A DNA stretch of 62,047 bases, the filler included, from Squatina squatina (lineage: Eukaryota), in the NCBI GenBank assembly GCA_031763465.1. It is 4 parts of 4 records of this genome, joined end to end, with 100 filler letters (N's around TTAATTAATTAA, not from the genome) between each part and the next. Parts side by side here need not be neighbours in the genome. Positions count along the whole stretch, not along the records: positions 14,340 to 29,909 come from JARFOE010000192.1; positions 30,010 to 45,674 come from JARFOE010000058.1; 2 more parts are not named here. The stretch is one strand, 5' to 3'. Under the pieces are notes generated by a model. The model did not search any database. It had not been told where the DNA came from and saw only the letters and a program-made list of their open reading frames with translations. Position numbers and translations under genes: made by a program. Below, one piece after another: positions 23,825-36,577 of this stretch (within the stretch, counting starts at the first letter, position 1; each line of letters starts with the position of its first letter).

Positions 23825-26800
23825 CCTCATGGTGATAATTGCTTCATTTTGGGAGTGTGGGAAACCAAAAACTATCAGGGTCTGATGTGACCTGTATAAA
23901 GGCATCTCCTGTTGCCTTAGACTATTCCATCCTTTTGGCTGTCGGGGAAAACTGATGGTGGGAGGTAGCAATAGAGGACCTACCAGAGGGAATAAGAAGA
24001 GAAAATATAGATTAAAACATTGTGTTGGTGGCATTCTGCTTATTGATTCATGTTTCAAGATGCAGTGACATGCTCCTATTTTCAGACCATTAAGTAGGAA
24101 ATGAGTAATGCTGCACTATAGGTCATGAGTGTGGGTTTAGGCAAAATTGACCCATGGCCTGGAAATAAAAAAGACATCATGATTTTGAAGATGACAGTCA
24201 CTAAGCTGATCAAAATAGTGGCTTGTAAGCTACTTGGATAATAAGGTCATCATAGCTTTAGGGTTTTTATTATGTTACAAACTCTATAAACCATCATTTC
24301 CATAATGTCGGAGGCTTTTGTAAGCAGTCTGTCTGTATAAATAGCCATACCTAGAGGATCATTGGGGAATTGTAGTTTATGCTTAGAAATAGGGAGAAGT
24401 TTTTACAAGCAAATAGAATTAAACAAACACAAGTGGGAATACCGCACTCAAGCATGTTGACACACTCACTGTACCAATAATTTATAGGATGTATGCATTC
24501 TTATAACTATTTATATATGATGGATCGATTTCATCACACAATTAATCATTCTTTACTGGTTGAGACCTTCGTAAGCCTAAGAAATGGTAAAGAAATGTAA
24601 AGGCAAAACATGCAGGTGGATATTTTTCAATCTCACTGGGAGATCATTCACAGCCACTGGTACTAAGAGCAGTATTTGTTGATTTATGAAAATATGCTTC
24701 TTCGCCCTATGAGTTGTTAATTTTAACAATCTAGGGTAAAGATTCCAGTTCTGCACTTCTGGTGCATGCTGGGAAGACACGTCACAAAATGGCAGGCAGC
24801 CAGTAAAATGAAGGGTGAAGAATTTGCAGGCCATGAGTGTCTGGTTAATCTCTAGATGTTTAAAAAATTCCTCTTCTATAAAGCCACTTAGAACCCTGTA
24901 CTGTGTCTGTCGCTTGTGAAGGCAGTGGGCTCTCCAAATTGTGGTTTAAATCGATGACGCTCTCCCCTACTGTGTGATCCATTCTACATGGCANNNNNNN
25001 NNNNNNNNNNNNNNNNNNNNNNNNNNNNNNNNNNNNNNNNNNNNNNNNNNNNNNNNNNNNNNNNNNNNNNNNNNNNNNNNNNNNNNNNNNNNNNNNNNNN
25101 NNNNNNNNNNNNNNNNNNNNNNNNNNNNNNNNNNNNNNNNNNNNNNNNNNNNNNNNNNNNNNNNNNNNNNNNNNNNNNNNNNNNNNNNNNNNNNNNNNNN
25201 NNNNNNNNNNNNNNNNNNNNNNNNNNNNNNNNNNNNNNNNNNNNNNNNNNNNNNNNNNNNNNNNNNNNNNNNNNNNNNNNNNNNNNNNNNNNNNNNNNNN
25301 NNNNNNNNNNNNNNNNNNNNNNNNNNNNNNNNNNNNNNNNNNNNNNNNNNNNNNNNNNNNNNNNNNNNNNNNNNNNNNNNNNNNNNNNNNNNNNNNNNNN
25401 NNNNNNNNNNNNNNNNNNNNNNNNNNNNNNNNNNNNNNNNNNNNNNNNNNNNNNNNNNNNNNNNNNNNNNNNNNNNNNNNNNNNNNNNNNNNNNNNNNNN
25501 NNNNNNNNNNNNNNNNNNNNNNNNNNNNNNNNNNNNNNNNNNNNNNNNNNNNNNNNNNNNNNNNNNNNNNNNNNNNNNNNNNNNNNNNNNNNNNNNNNNN
25601 NNNNNNNNNNNNNNNNNNNNNNNNNNNNNNNNNNNNNNNNNNNNNNNNNNNNNNNNNNNNNNNNNNNNNNNNNNNNNNNNNNNNNNNNNNNNNNNNNNNN
25701 NNNNNNNNNNNNNNNNNNNNNNNNNNNNNNNNNNNNNNNNNNNNNNNNNNNNNNNNNNNNNNNNNNNNNNNNNNNNNNNNNNNNNNNNNNNNNNNNNNNN
25801 NNNNNNNNNNNNNNNNNNNNNNNNNNNNNNNNNNNNNNNNNNNNNNNNNNNNNNNNNNNNNNNNNNNNNNNNNNNNNNNNNNNNNNNNNNNNNNNNNNNN
25901 NNNNNNNNNCTGAATATCACAAGGTAGCGTGGATTCAGGACTCTTAGGTAAATACGTAGAGATAATTGCAATTGGAGGCATCGCACGCAGGAAGCCTCTG
26001 ATCACAATTTCAGGCCCAATGTGATTAAAATGAGGAGTGTTTAAGGACAGTTACATCAAAAAGCTTCTGCTATACATGTTCCATATACAGACAATGCTCA
26101 GACCTCTGTGATCAGCTCAGTGGTATCTGGCTGTCAATGCCAAGGTCTGTACAGTAGCATTGATCTTTTTCTTACCTCAAGTTCATTTTAATTACTTGAA
26201 GATGACATAGGTGGCATTGCAGCACCTGTCTCAGGTACCCTTGCAAGGAGAAAAGATACCAAGAACCGGTGAGGCTGCAGCTGAAATCAGGCCTCGAAGC
26301 CCCAATTAATTGCATAACCTTATAGGACATGGATCTCGCACTATCTACTCCTCCTTTCTGAGCTCCTTCTTGGCAGAAGGTCCTCGTCTGGAGTCCTGCA
26401 TTGATCTGGCCACAATGCTGATTTCTACTTTACTCATTACATCAAGTTCACTTCATGTGTATTTGCTGTCTATACTGGAGATACTCTGGGGCAGAATTTT
26501 TGCTTTAATTTTATTGTTATTGCACTGGCACAACTGAGATGAGCTAGTTAACGAGATGTCCCTGGTGTCATAGAATCATAGGCAACAGAAAGAGGCCATT
26601 TGGCCTATTGTTCCTGTGCCTGAGAACAAGGACATTGTGCTTCTCATTGTAAAGTATATCCTACTTCCAGGAGGAGCAACTATGTAGCAAACGTCAATAA
26701 AACATGAGCATCAGAATAACTGCAAAGGCCTGAAGAATTGTCATTAAATGTTTTTTATGGCAGTTACCATTCGAGTTTAGTACGATTGCAAAATAGCAAA

Positions 26801-27324
26801 ACTTTGTCAAGAGTGTATTTTGAGGTATGTAGCATATTTTCATAAATACAAATGATGGAAATGTTACTTAAAAAAATGCAAATATCTTTGAATAGGGCCT
26901 TAAATCACGAACGAGTTGCAAATTGATTGGAGAACCTTGCTGGGACATTTCCCCCATATCAAATTTGGATTTAAGTAGATTTGATTGTAATGTATACAAA
27001 AGAAGGTGCTTATTGATTGACCTCTGAAACTGTAGCCTTTTGTGTAATAGGTCAGTTTTGCCGAGGTAGGTAAAAGAGGCAGCCAAAGAATTCAAACCAT
27101 TNNNNNNNNNNNNNNNNNNNNNNNNNNNNNNNNNNNNNNNNNNNNNNNNNNNNNNNNNNNNNNNNNNNNNNNNNNNNNNNNNNNNNNNNNNNNNNNNNNN
27201 NCACCCATCGCTCAGGAGCCCAACGCCCTCCGTGCCCACCCGCCTCCCTTTCCCAATAACCGAATTCCCGCCACCAACGGGACAGCTAGAGAGCAAGTGC
27301 CACAAAGCCCCTCCCACCACCACG

Positions 27325-27440
27325 GCCAATGAGTTCCTTCGAAGTGTCGCCACCGTAGCGGAGGCAAACGCGCCACCATTTTGTGCACAGCAGAATCCCA
27401 CAAACAGCAATCTGCCGAATGACTCGGTTTATCGTTTTTC
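27325..27440 (-). mobile_element. Deu-domain SINE fragment
   Basis: ttgtgcacagcagaatcccacaaacagcaat is the reverse complement of the Deu core. Confidence 0.6.
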
Positions 27441-29079
27441 AAAAAAAAATGTAAATGCTAATATTTATTACCTGTCCATTGTTGCTGAGATTGCTTAAAG
27501 TAATGTTTTATTTATCGAAAATTTGCAGCTTTTCCTACTAGTTGGTTGATATTTTTTACGAGGACAATTGATATTTAGTTTCTGTAAAAGATTAAGAAAC
27601 ATTTTTCTTTTGGTAGTGACGTATACACTATCAACTATAGAGAGTTCAAGAGACTGGAGGATTGGTATCCTAATAGATTCAGAATATATTGTTATTTCTA
27701 TTCCACTGTATAAGACTGAAAATCCTCTTGTGTTCAATTATCTGTATCTATCTCATCCCTGAATCACATTGCAAAATCAGGTTCAGACTTAGGTTAAGAA
27801 CATGCATTTACCTCAAGAATATGGGGTTGCTCAAATATCTGCACAATTAACATCACCATATCAATAAGTATTATCATCAAGAGGTGTCAATCATGTAGCA
27901 AATTTAGCTTCAGGGAAACAAAACAATTTGAATTATAGTGCGGTCTTTTTNNNNNNNNNNNNNNNNNNNNNNNNNNNNNNNNNNNNNNNNNNNNNNNNNN
28001 NNNNNNNNNNNNNNNNNNNNNNNNNNNNNNNNNNNNNNNNNNNNNNNNNNGTGCGGTCTTTTTACATGCCTTCCTTTAAATTGGATAATGATGGTGCTTT
28101 TCATTAGGTTTCTTGTGGTGTAATAGATTACAATATTCACCTTTTGACCTTGGTGATGAATGCCTCAAGTGAAAGTGCGTGGCAACCTGGTCTCTTGGTG
28201 AAGACAAGGTAGTTAAATAACTGTAAGTAACACTGGACTGCAGGAAGACAGATATGCAACACATAGACTATGGGTGAGAATACATCAGTGCAGCAGACAA
28301 GCAGTTCAGAAGTCTGCTTCAATGCGGTATTTTTTGTTCTTTAAATAAATATATATATTTTCAATTTATCTGCAATTTCTCATTTGCGCAGCATATTTTT
28401 TTAAATTCTTGAATTTATACAGGGTAAATGATCCAGTTATGTTTCTCGCCTAACAAAGTGTTATTGGCCAGGAATAGAAAGAGAGAAAACACAAGACAAA
28501 GGAAAGCGATAAAAACCAGCATGGACCAGTTCAAATACACACAAGAAAAAATCATGTTACAAATGGAAATGTCATATGCAACAGACCATAAATTGGATTT
28601 TTGTGGTAAAACTATTCTAATCGCTTCTTGACTACAACATTTGCAAATTTTGAAGATTATTTTATTTTGTGAATGCTTTTCCAAAATTAAATAGAAGGGA
28701 AAGTGAAGGGAAAGGAGGCAGAACATTCTAACAAGAGGAAGCCTTGTTTTATAACATAATGANNNNNNNNNNNNNNNNNNNNNNNNNNNNNNNNNNNNNN
28801 NNNNNNNNNNNNNNNNNNNNNNNNNNNNNNNNNNNNNNNNNNNNNNNNNNNNNNNNNNNNNNCACGGAGAGTGAAAATCTAATTTGTGGGATCAAGCATC
28901 TTGTATACAGAAGAATGGATGCCTGGAGATCAGGCTGGAATCTACTTGTGGGGCGAGATGGTTTACATTTAGACTAGCAGCTTCTCATGGGAGAATTATA
29001 GTCCGGAATCTAACTGAAATGTTCAGATGGTTTATATGTTTGATTCTGCCACAAACAATCTGGTATTAAATTTAACCAT

Positions 29080-29163
29080 TCTGATGAAAGGTCATCAGAC
29101 TTGAATGTTTTTCTCTCCATAGGTGCTGCCTGACCTGCTGAATGTTTCCATCATTTTCTGTTT
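29080..29163 (+). mobile_element. Penelope-like terminal repeat with degenerate minimal hammerhead core
   Basis: ctgatga-aaggtc-atca-gactt-gaatgtt followed by ttctctccataggtgctgcctgacctgctga. Confidence 0.55.
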
Positions 29164-29953
29164 GAATAGTATAATGGTGCTTTTCTAACCAGATGCAAAA
29201 TTTTAGAATATAAAATATTGAAAGTGAATGGCAATGCACTACGTTCACATTACAAAAAAAGTCCCGCAGAAACATTGCACTGTTTAGCTATATTCCTAAT
29301 TGTATCATTGCTATTACCTGGAGATGTCATTTTTTCAAATTGCCAAATAGGGACCTGCTATGTTTGCATTGCCTTGACATTGGAATGATTTCTGCCATGG
29401 ATCCCCTGCTGTATCTTTCCCCTGCTTACCATTGCCTTCCAGTCCTGACAGAGCTATTTACACAAGATGAGTCCTGGAATGTCCATTATCAGCACTACCC
29501 AATGGCCACATAAAAGCTTCCATTTTGTTCTACTGATAAGAAATCATGTTGGTGATAGTTGTTTATCATTTTGCACTGTTCCTTGCAAGCTGGCACAATC
29601 CATTTGCTAGTGACCCCCTGTGTTCATGCAAACCCTGGATTATGCAATGAAATTGGTCAGATCAAATAATTCTGGTAGCAGGCCAGCACAGAGAGACTTA
29701 TAGCTGCATCATACAGTTCTGTCTGTGGAAAGATATATTACATGAGCACTAACATTGTTAGTACACACTGAGGAACTGTGCAGTGTAGCTTCAGTTCCCA
29801 TTGGTCACAATTATTTGTTTTATGGAAGTCAGTGTTTTTTTTGAACCCTGTCCTCTCTCTCTCTCGCTCTCCTCCTTGCAGGCCACTCACCATACGGCAC
29901 TTCTAGCTCNNNNNNNNNNNNNNNNNNNNNNNNNNNNNNNNNNNNNNNNNNNN

Positions 29954-29965
29954 TTAATTAATTAA
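29954..29965. other. Artificial scaffold linker TTAATTAATTAA inside an N gap
   Basis: N44-TTAATTAATTAA-N44. Confidence 0.9.
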
Positions 29966-32192
29966 NNNNNNNNNNNNNNNNNNNNNNNNNNNNNNNNNNN
30001 NNNNNNNNNGTATTGCTTGATTTTAGTTGTTTGATGAATCATTGAAAAACTTGAATTTTACTCCACTGGAGCTCGGCCAAGTATGAATATAAGCTACAGA
30101 AACCAAGAAGGTCCCCATTCAATCTCTGATCTGGTTTTTTTTGGATCTCAGCCACAGCAGGAATTAACCTCAATGTTCCCCATCTAGAGAGGGAGAAACA
30201 TCAACCAGGGTTCCCACTTTGATGTCTCTTGAAAAGTGTATGTTGGGTGAGTGGAGGATCAGGTTGGTTATGCCATCCCATTAATTTATTAGCCTACTCA
30301 TTCTCTAGGCACACATGAAGAATGACCATTTGGACGAGGTACTGGAGGATGTTTAGTAGCAGTGAAACCCGAGTATCAACCTGTGCCTTTAGGACAGGAG
30401 AAACAAATTGAAGGGAAATTGTTAATTTGAGATAGCATCCACATATGTTCAATCCTGATATCAATGCCTGGAGCATTCAGCACTGTAAATCTGGTCTTGT
30501 TAAATCTAAGGTTGGTTGCAGGAATATTATTGCATTTGGGCAGTGGACGAGTCTAGGAGAGGCCTGTTACATGCAANNNNNNNNNNNNNNNNNNNNNNNN
30601 NNNNNNNNNNNNNNNNNNNNNNNNNNNNNNNNNNNNNNNNNNNNNNNNNNNNNNNNNNNNNNNNNNNNNNNNNNNNNNNNNNNNNNNNNNNNNNNNNNNN
30701 NNNNNNNNNNNNNNNNNNNNNNNNNNNNNNNNNNNNNNNNNNNNNNNNNNNNNNNNNNNNNNNNNNNNNNNNNNNNNNNNNNNNNNNNNNNNNNNNNNNN
30801 NNNNNNNNNNNNNNNNNNNNNNNNNNNNNNNNNNNNNNNNNNNNNNNNNNNNNNNNNNNNNNNNNNNNNNNNNNNNNNNNNNNNNNNNNNNNNNNNNNNN
30901 NNNNNNNNNNNNNNNNNNNNNNNNNNNNNNNNNNNNNNNNNNNNNNNNNNNNNNNNNNNNNNNNNNNNNNNNNNNNNNNNNNNNNNNNNNNNNNNNNNNN
31001 NNNNNNNNNNNNNNNNNNNNNNNNNNNNNNNNNNNNNNNNNNNNNNNNNNNNNNNNNNNNNNNNNNNNNNNNNNNNNNNNNNNNNNNNNNNNNNNNNNNN
31101 NNNNNNNNNNNNNNNNNNNNNNNNNNNNNNNNNNNNNNNNNNNNNNNNNNNNNNNNNNNNNNNNNNNNNNNNNNNNNNNNNNNNNNNNNNNNNNNNNNNN
31201 NNNNNNNNNTTTCAATTAATTAGTGATATAAGTGTATTTAAAGAACTCTGTCTGCTGTTCGGTATCTAGCTATTTCAGTTGTGTGGGTGTATTAGAGGCA
31301 CAAAGGAGATTATGTTGAGAGTTTTATGCTGGTTCACATTGGTGGGAATGCAATTGGTGTGCTTGTGGTCTGTTTACTGACTAATTATGGGTTGTTTTAA
31401 TTCCCTTGGAGTCTGAAAATGGAGTCACCACATTCAAAGATCCAGTCCTATCACAAATTCAATTTTGTGATTTCATCTNNNNNNNNNNAAATACGTTTCA
31501 AAGGAATCAATGGCCTTTTATCATTAGATGATGTTGCACATGCTAAAACTAAAGAAGACTTTTTTACTTAGGACATTACATAAAATTAAAGGGTTTTTTA
31601 AATTTCATTAAATATGGGCTCTTACAGATGATTAACCAGAAGAGAAGTTCTTAAATACTTTTTTTGTGAATTTTGTTCTTGTCCAGTCAGTACTGAAGAA
31701 GGGAACACCTTCTCAAATCAGCAATTGTGCATCAGGTATAGAGCACAGTTAAATGCATTGCAAGCAAAGCTCCCTCTATGTATGCCAACAAATGGCTCAA
31801 TACAAACCTATTGCTCCACTGTGACATTTCCATTTCTAACACCAGCCTCCTGTGGTTTTTGAGAGAGATTGCCTTTTTTTTTGCATGCAAGGAACACACA
31901 AAGCTTATAGATTTACATGTAATCTCAGGAAGGAGCGAGCAATAGGACATCATGATGCGGGATAAAGTTGGTGCCAGTGATCCCTCCCCAATTTCAATGG
32001 ATGTTCCTAGTGGATGGAAACCCTCCACTTGAATCAGTGTTATGAACAGATACTGGAGGAGTGTTCTGTGTATTAGGCTATTTGGAGGCTAGGGAATTTC
32101 TAGATTTTCACAAACTCTTGCTGTGTGTGAGTTTGAAATTTATGTCTGTTGCAGGTTTGTTTGATCTTCAATTCTGACCAATTAACCACAGC

Positions 32193-32565
32193 ATGTTCCA
32201 AGACAAAGAGCTGGATTTCGGCCATTTTGACGAAAGGGACAAGACACGTTACTCAAAGGGTTCAAGGATGAATGGTTTACCCAGCCCCACACACAGTGCT
32301 CATTGCAGTTTCTACCGCACCCGAACCTTGCAAGCACTTACCACTGAGAAGAAAGCCAAGAAGGTTCGCTTCTATCGCAATGGGGACCGGTACTTCAAGG
32401 GCATCGTGTATGCAATATCTGCAGACCGCTTCCGTTCCTTTGACGCTTTGCTCGCAGACCTGACCCGAACCCTGTCTGATAATGTGAACCTGCCGCAGGG
32501 AGTTCGCATTATCTTTTCCATTGATGGGATTGGGAAGATTACCAGCCTTGATGAACTGGAGGAAG
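32193..32565 (+). CDS. dcx: Doublecortin, first coding exon (N-terminus and most of the first DCX domain); exon starts at 32155 with a short 5' UTR
   Basis: [18 protein letters not shown]...[50 protein letters not shown]...LPQGVR...LDELEEG. Acceptor ttgcag|G at 32154/5, phase-1 donor G|gttagt at 32565/6. ELDFGHF, RMNG and DELEEG favour DCX over DCLK1/2. Confidence 0.93.
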
Positions 32566-35500
32566 GTTAGTACCTGGTCATTGTCGTGCAGAGCTAGAGC
32601 TCATCTCCCCATCCTTCCTTCAATTTTGTTCTCTTTAGTTACGTAAGGTGAATATTACTGCATAACTGAGCATTTGCTTACACATAACCATTATATACCA
32701 TGGAACAGTGCAATCTATGATTAGGTGCATTAAGATCTGGATATCTGATCTAATTTTGTTTAAATTTGCATAATGTAAATAGATATACTTTAAGCACAAA
32801 AATCTAACTGACATTGAATCCATTCCTGGCTAGATTGTTGGATAGCGCTCTTCACAATAATGCAGCTTTCTAACAGACGGTTAAACTGTCACCTGTCCCT
32901 CCTGCAGTCAGGCCTGTTATCTGAGTGCAGATTGATGAGGAAATTTTGTTACCGGGTGATATTTAGGAGAAAGTTCAGGGGGATAAAAGACAAAGAACCA
33001 CACTTGCTCATGTCTTATGAAGAGGATATTAAATCTGCATTTAAGAACTGTCTGTTCCCATTGTCATGTAATTCACAGGTGNNNNNNNNNNNNNNNNNNN
33101 NNNNNNNNNNNNNNNNNNNNNNNNNNNNNNNNNNNNNNNNNNNNNNNNNNNNNNNNNNNNNNNNNNNNNNNNNNNNNNNNNNNNNNNNNNNNNNNNNNNN
33201 NNNNNNNNNNNNNNNNNNNNNNNNNNNNNNNNNNNNNNNNNNNNNNNNNNNNNNNNNNNNNNNNNNNNNNNNNNNNNNNNNNNNNNNNACAAGGTAACAG
33301 GGAAAAAGTCAGGTGGGTGAATTGTGTAGCCGTTGCTCATTTCTGTGATGTTCGGCTCGGGAGAGGCCTTTTAATTTGCTTTTTTGCTCCAAGCAACATG
33401 GGGTGGAGTTGTGTATTTAATTTTAAATTGCTAGTGATGGAGTTTAGAAAGAGCAATACTTGATGTTTCGGGAAGGGTAGAAGGTTTAAAAGAGCAGGTC
33501 AGTGTTAGAAGTAACCCATCAGCCAGTTTCTCACCTTCTGCTTTTTATTTCCATTATTGGCAGGGCCAGAGTTGATCTGCAATAGTGAGGATGTCTTCCT
33601 TGGCTGCCTCAAGCCTGATACATGGGAATAGAATTCTGCTATCAGCAGGGTGTGACCCCAGCATTGCATCATTTACTTGTTTGGGTGACTAAACTGCTAC
33701 TGCACACCAACAACAGCTGTGAGATAATTCCCTTCAACACGCAACTGTGCCCAACACATTCCACACTATAAGGAACTGTGTTAGCAGAAATATTAATAGC
33801 TCTCTGGCTAAAGCTAGTTAGTTAAAACTCTGGGATTTGATAGTTCAACCTATACAATGAAGGGCTTCCTGAGTGTAGCAATTTATGACAGAGGGAGACC
33901 AACAGATTTTACTGAGTAATTGTGTCCTAGATGTGCCTTTTCATTATGATTAAAGACTGGAAAGGAACAATTTCATACTCTTAAGATGTTCAGTGGGGTC
34001 AGCCTAGAGAGTGTCCAGAATCTCTCTGAATTAGCACTTGCTGTTGGGCAATAAAGCCACTCTTTCTGCCTCATTTTATTTGCAGCTCCTGAATCAATCC
34101 CTCAATGTAACAATACATTGCTTGTTTAACTGTGTTTGTGTGTGCGGTCTGGGGGAGAAAACTAAAAGTGAGTAGAAGTGAGTTGGTCACTGGCAATACA
34201 AGTAGCGAACAGCAATACTGAGTAACTAACTGATCAAACAGTATCTGGCACCTCAGTATTCACACAGTACAAATCAAGTCGTATGAGTTAATAACGCCTC
34301 CATTAAGCTGTGTGGGTTGCCGGTACTCTCGCATTCATAAAATTAACCTATTGCTTGAGTGCAATTTGGTGTTGATTTTGCCTTCATATAATATTTGATA
34401 ATTGACTGAAGTTCACAACAAGGGTTTGGTCATCAAAAGTTATAGTCCTTGCAGAGACACAGGCAGTGAATCATGTTGTGACCTATACATGCCATGATGT
34501 CACAGATTTTAATTCATTTGGCGTGCTGTGTAGGGAGTACTGGCCTGAAGCCCAGATGCCACTTCTTTGCCAAGTCTTTGAATATATCTTTTTTTGGTAC
34601 CATTCTTGTACTGGATGAATGTGTATGCTAGTTTCGCATAGATAAGAAGTCCAAAGTATAAACAGGATATGAATTTCCCTGCAGCACAGTGTAAGTAATG
34701 TTAATCCAGTCTGTATTATTAGCTCATTCTATATCAATCTCAGGTTGGCAGGTTAGGATCTATGTACAATACCAGTAAGGTATTTTATGCACAGACACCA
34801 TCACTACCACCATGAAAAATCTGGTTATGAACTTCTCTTTCAAATCTATCACTCTCTCATTGAGGCATGAGAAAGATAGAGTATAATAATTGGGCAGGCT
34901 GCTCTGCACCCTTGACCAAATTGTGACCATAAAAAGGAGAGAAATTATGGAAAATTAGTGAACCCCCCCTCCCACCCTGTTTCTATTCATCTAATTTAGA
35001 ACAAAATTGAGAGCAGAATGTGGTCAGAGATGATAGCTTTGTAAGCAACTATTTAATATCATCTATGTAAAGCTGTTTGGCATCCATTCTGCATTCACTT
35101 GTTTGGCCTTCATTCTGTATTTGCTTATTTTTAAACCTAATGNNNNNNNNNNNNNNNNNNNNNNNNNNNNNNNNNNNNNNNNNNNNNNNNNNNNNNNNNN
35201 NNNNNNNNNNNNNNNNNNNNNNNNNNNNNNNNNNNNNNNNNNNNNNNNNNNNNNNNNNNNNNNNNNNNNNNNNNNNNNNNNNNNNNNNNNNNNNNNNNNN
35301 NNNNNNNNNNNNNNNNNNNNNNNNNNNNNNNNNNNNNNNNNNNNNNNNNNNNNNNNNNNNNNNNNNNNNNNNNNNNNNNNNNNNNNNNNNNNNNNNNNNN
35401 NNNCATTTGGTGTGGTCACGATGGGTATAGCTTGCACCATTAGTACAGCAAGACGTTGTTAATCTAAAACTCTTCGCAACAAAAGAACCAGATCGTATGT

Positions 35501-35606
35501 ACAGAATCTGAAGTGAAGTTGTTAGGAGTTTTTCCCAACTTTACAAGGACTGCGCTTTAGTGCCGGAACAAACCGCTTCAGCTCATGTCATTTCTGGCTG
35601 TGACAG

Positions 35607-35741
35607 GATCGGGTAAAAGCCGCTAAGCGAGTGTGGGAGTTTGGACGGTTGCACACTCTGAAGGGGGAAAAGAAGAGGCAACGAGAGGATGAAGAAAACG
35701 ACGTGTTGTTCACCTACAGCCGGGAGGATGCCTACAATAAG
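35607..35741 (+). CDS. Candidate internal coding exon of an unidentified protein (45 aa, phase 0-0)
   Basis: tgacag|GAT...AAG|gtagc, 135 nt, open: DRVKAAKRVWEFGRLHTLKGEKKRQREDEENDVLFTYSREDAYNK; CpG-rich relative to flanks; no family recognised. Confidence 0.5.
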
Positions 35742-36502
35742 GTAGCTACTGTCCCAAACAAAAGGTCTTCTAAATAGTTTGTTGGCGCACAAGGCATAGT
35801 GGGATGTGGGTCCTCACTGTTGCACACTTGCTGTTTCCTATCTTAGTTGAACCAGCTTGGGGAGTGGGGGAGTGGAATTGAAATAAAGACCTCATAGAGT
35901 AACTGAAAATGTCATCGTATGCTAGTAACCATGGTGATCTAACATGCCAACATATGAAAGCTATGTGAAGTGTTTCATTCAAGGATGCAAGGATATCAAA
36001 CACCAAGTAATTTAAATTTTTTGCAGTTCTTTTTGCTGGCATCAGCTATTTAAATCGTTGCCTCCTATATTGCGTAAATCCAGATTTGGTCTTTGTTCTA
36101 CTCGTGTGTAAATTACTAACAAGAACCACATGGAACTGATGAAATCCAGCAAGAGCTAGCCATCCTATTTAAAAATGGAATTGGTCATGTAAGAAATCAG
36201 AATAAACTTCAAAGCAGAACATATAGGCACTAGATCATTCTGCACTCTGAAGAGATTTTTCAATAGACACATCGGAACAGTCAGTGTTAGGTACGTAATT
36301 GATATGCCCCAATTGTCATTTGGTCAGCAATATAATCACTTCACACCCACGACTATTTCACAATGTGCATATGTGTTTTATAAATAACAGTTTGAGGTTT
36401 TTNNNNNNNNNNNNNNNNNNNNNNNNNNNNNNNNNNNNNNNNNNNNNNNNNNNNNNNNNNNNNNNNNNNNNNNNNNNNNNNNNNNNNNNNNNNNNNNNNN
36501 NN

Positions 36503-36577
36503 GATAATATTGAATGGCGGTGCAGGCTCGAAGGGCCGAATGGCCTACTTCTTCACCTATTTCCTATGTTTCTATGA
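36503..36577 (+). mobile_element. CR1 LINE 3' tail
   Basis: gaatggcggtgcaggctcgaagggccgaatggcctact...tttcctatgtttctatg. Confidence 0.75.

Noticed and set aside
24860-26005. Long ORFs spanning N runs (also 30445-31269, 59642-60714 and many others containing X)
   Set aside because: Their length comes from untranslatable gaps; the flanking residues show no coding signal
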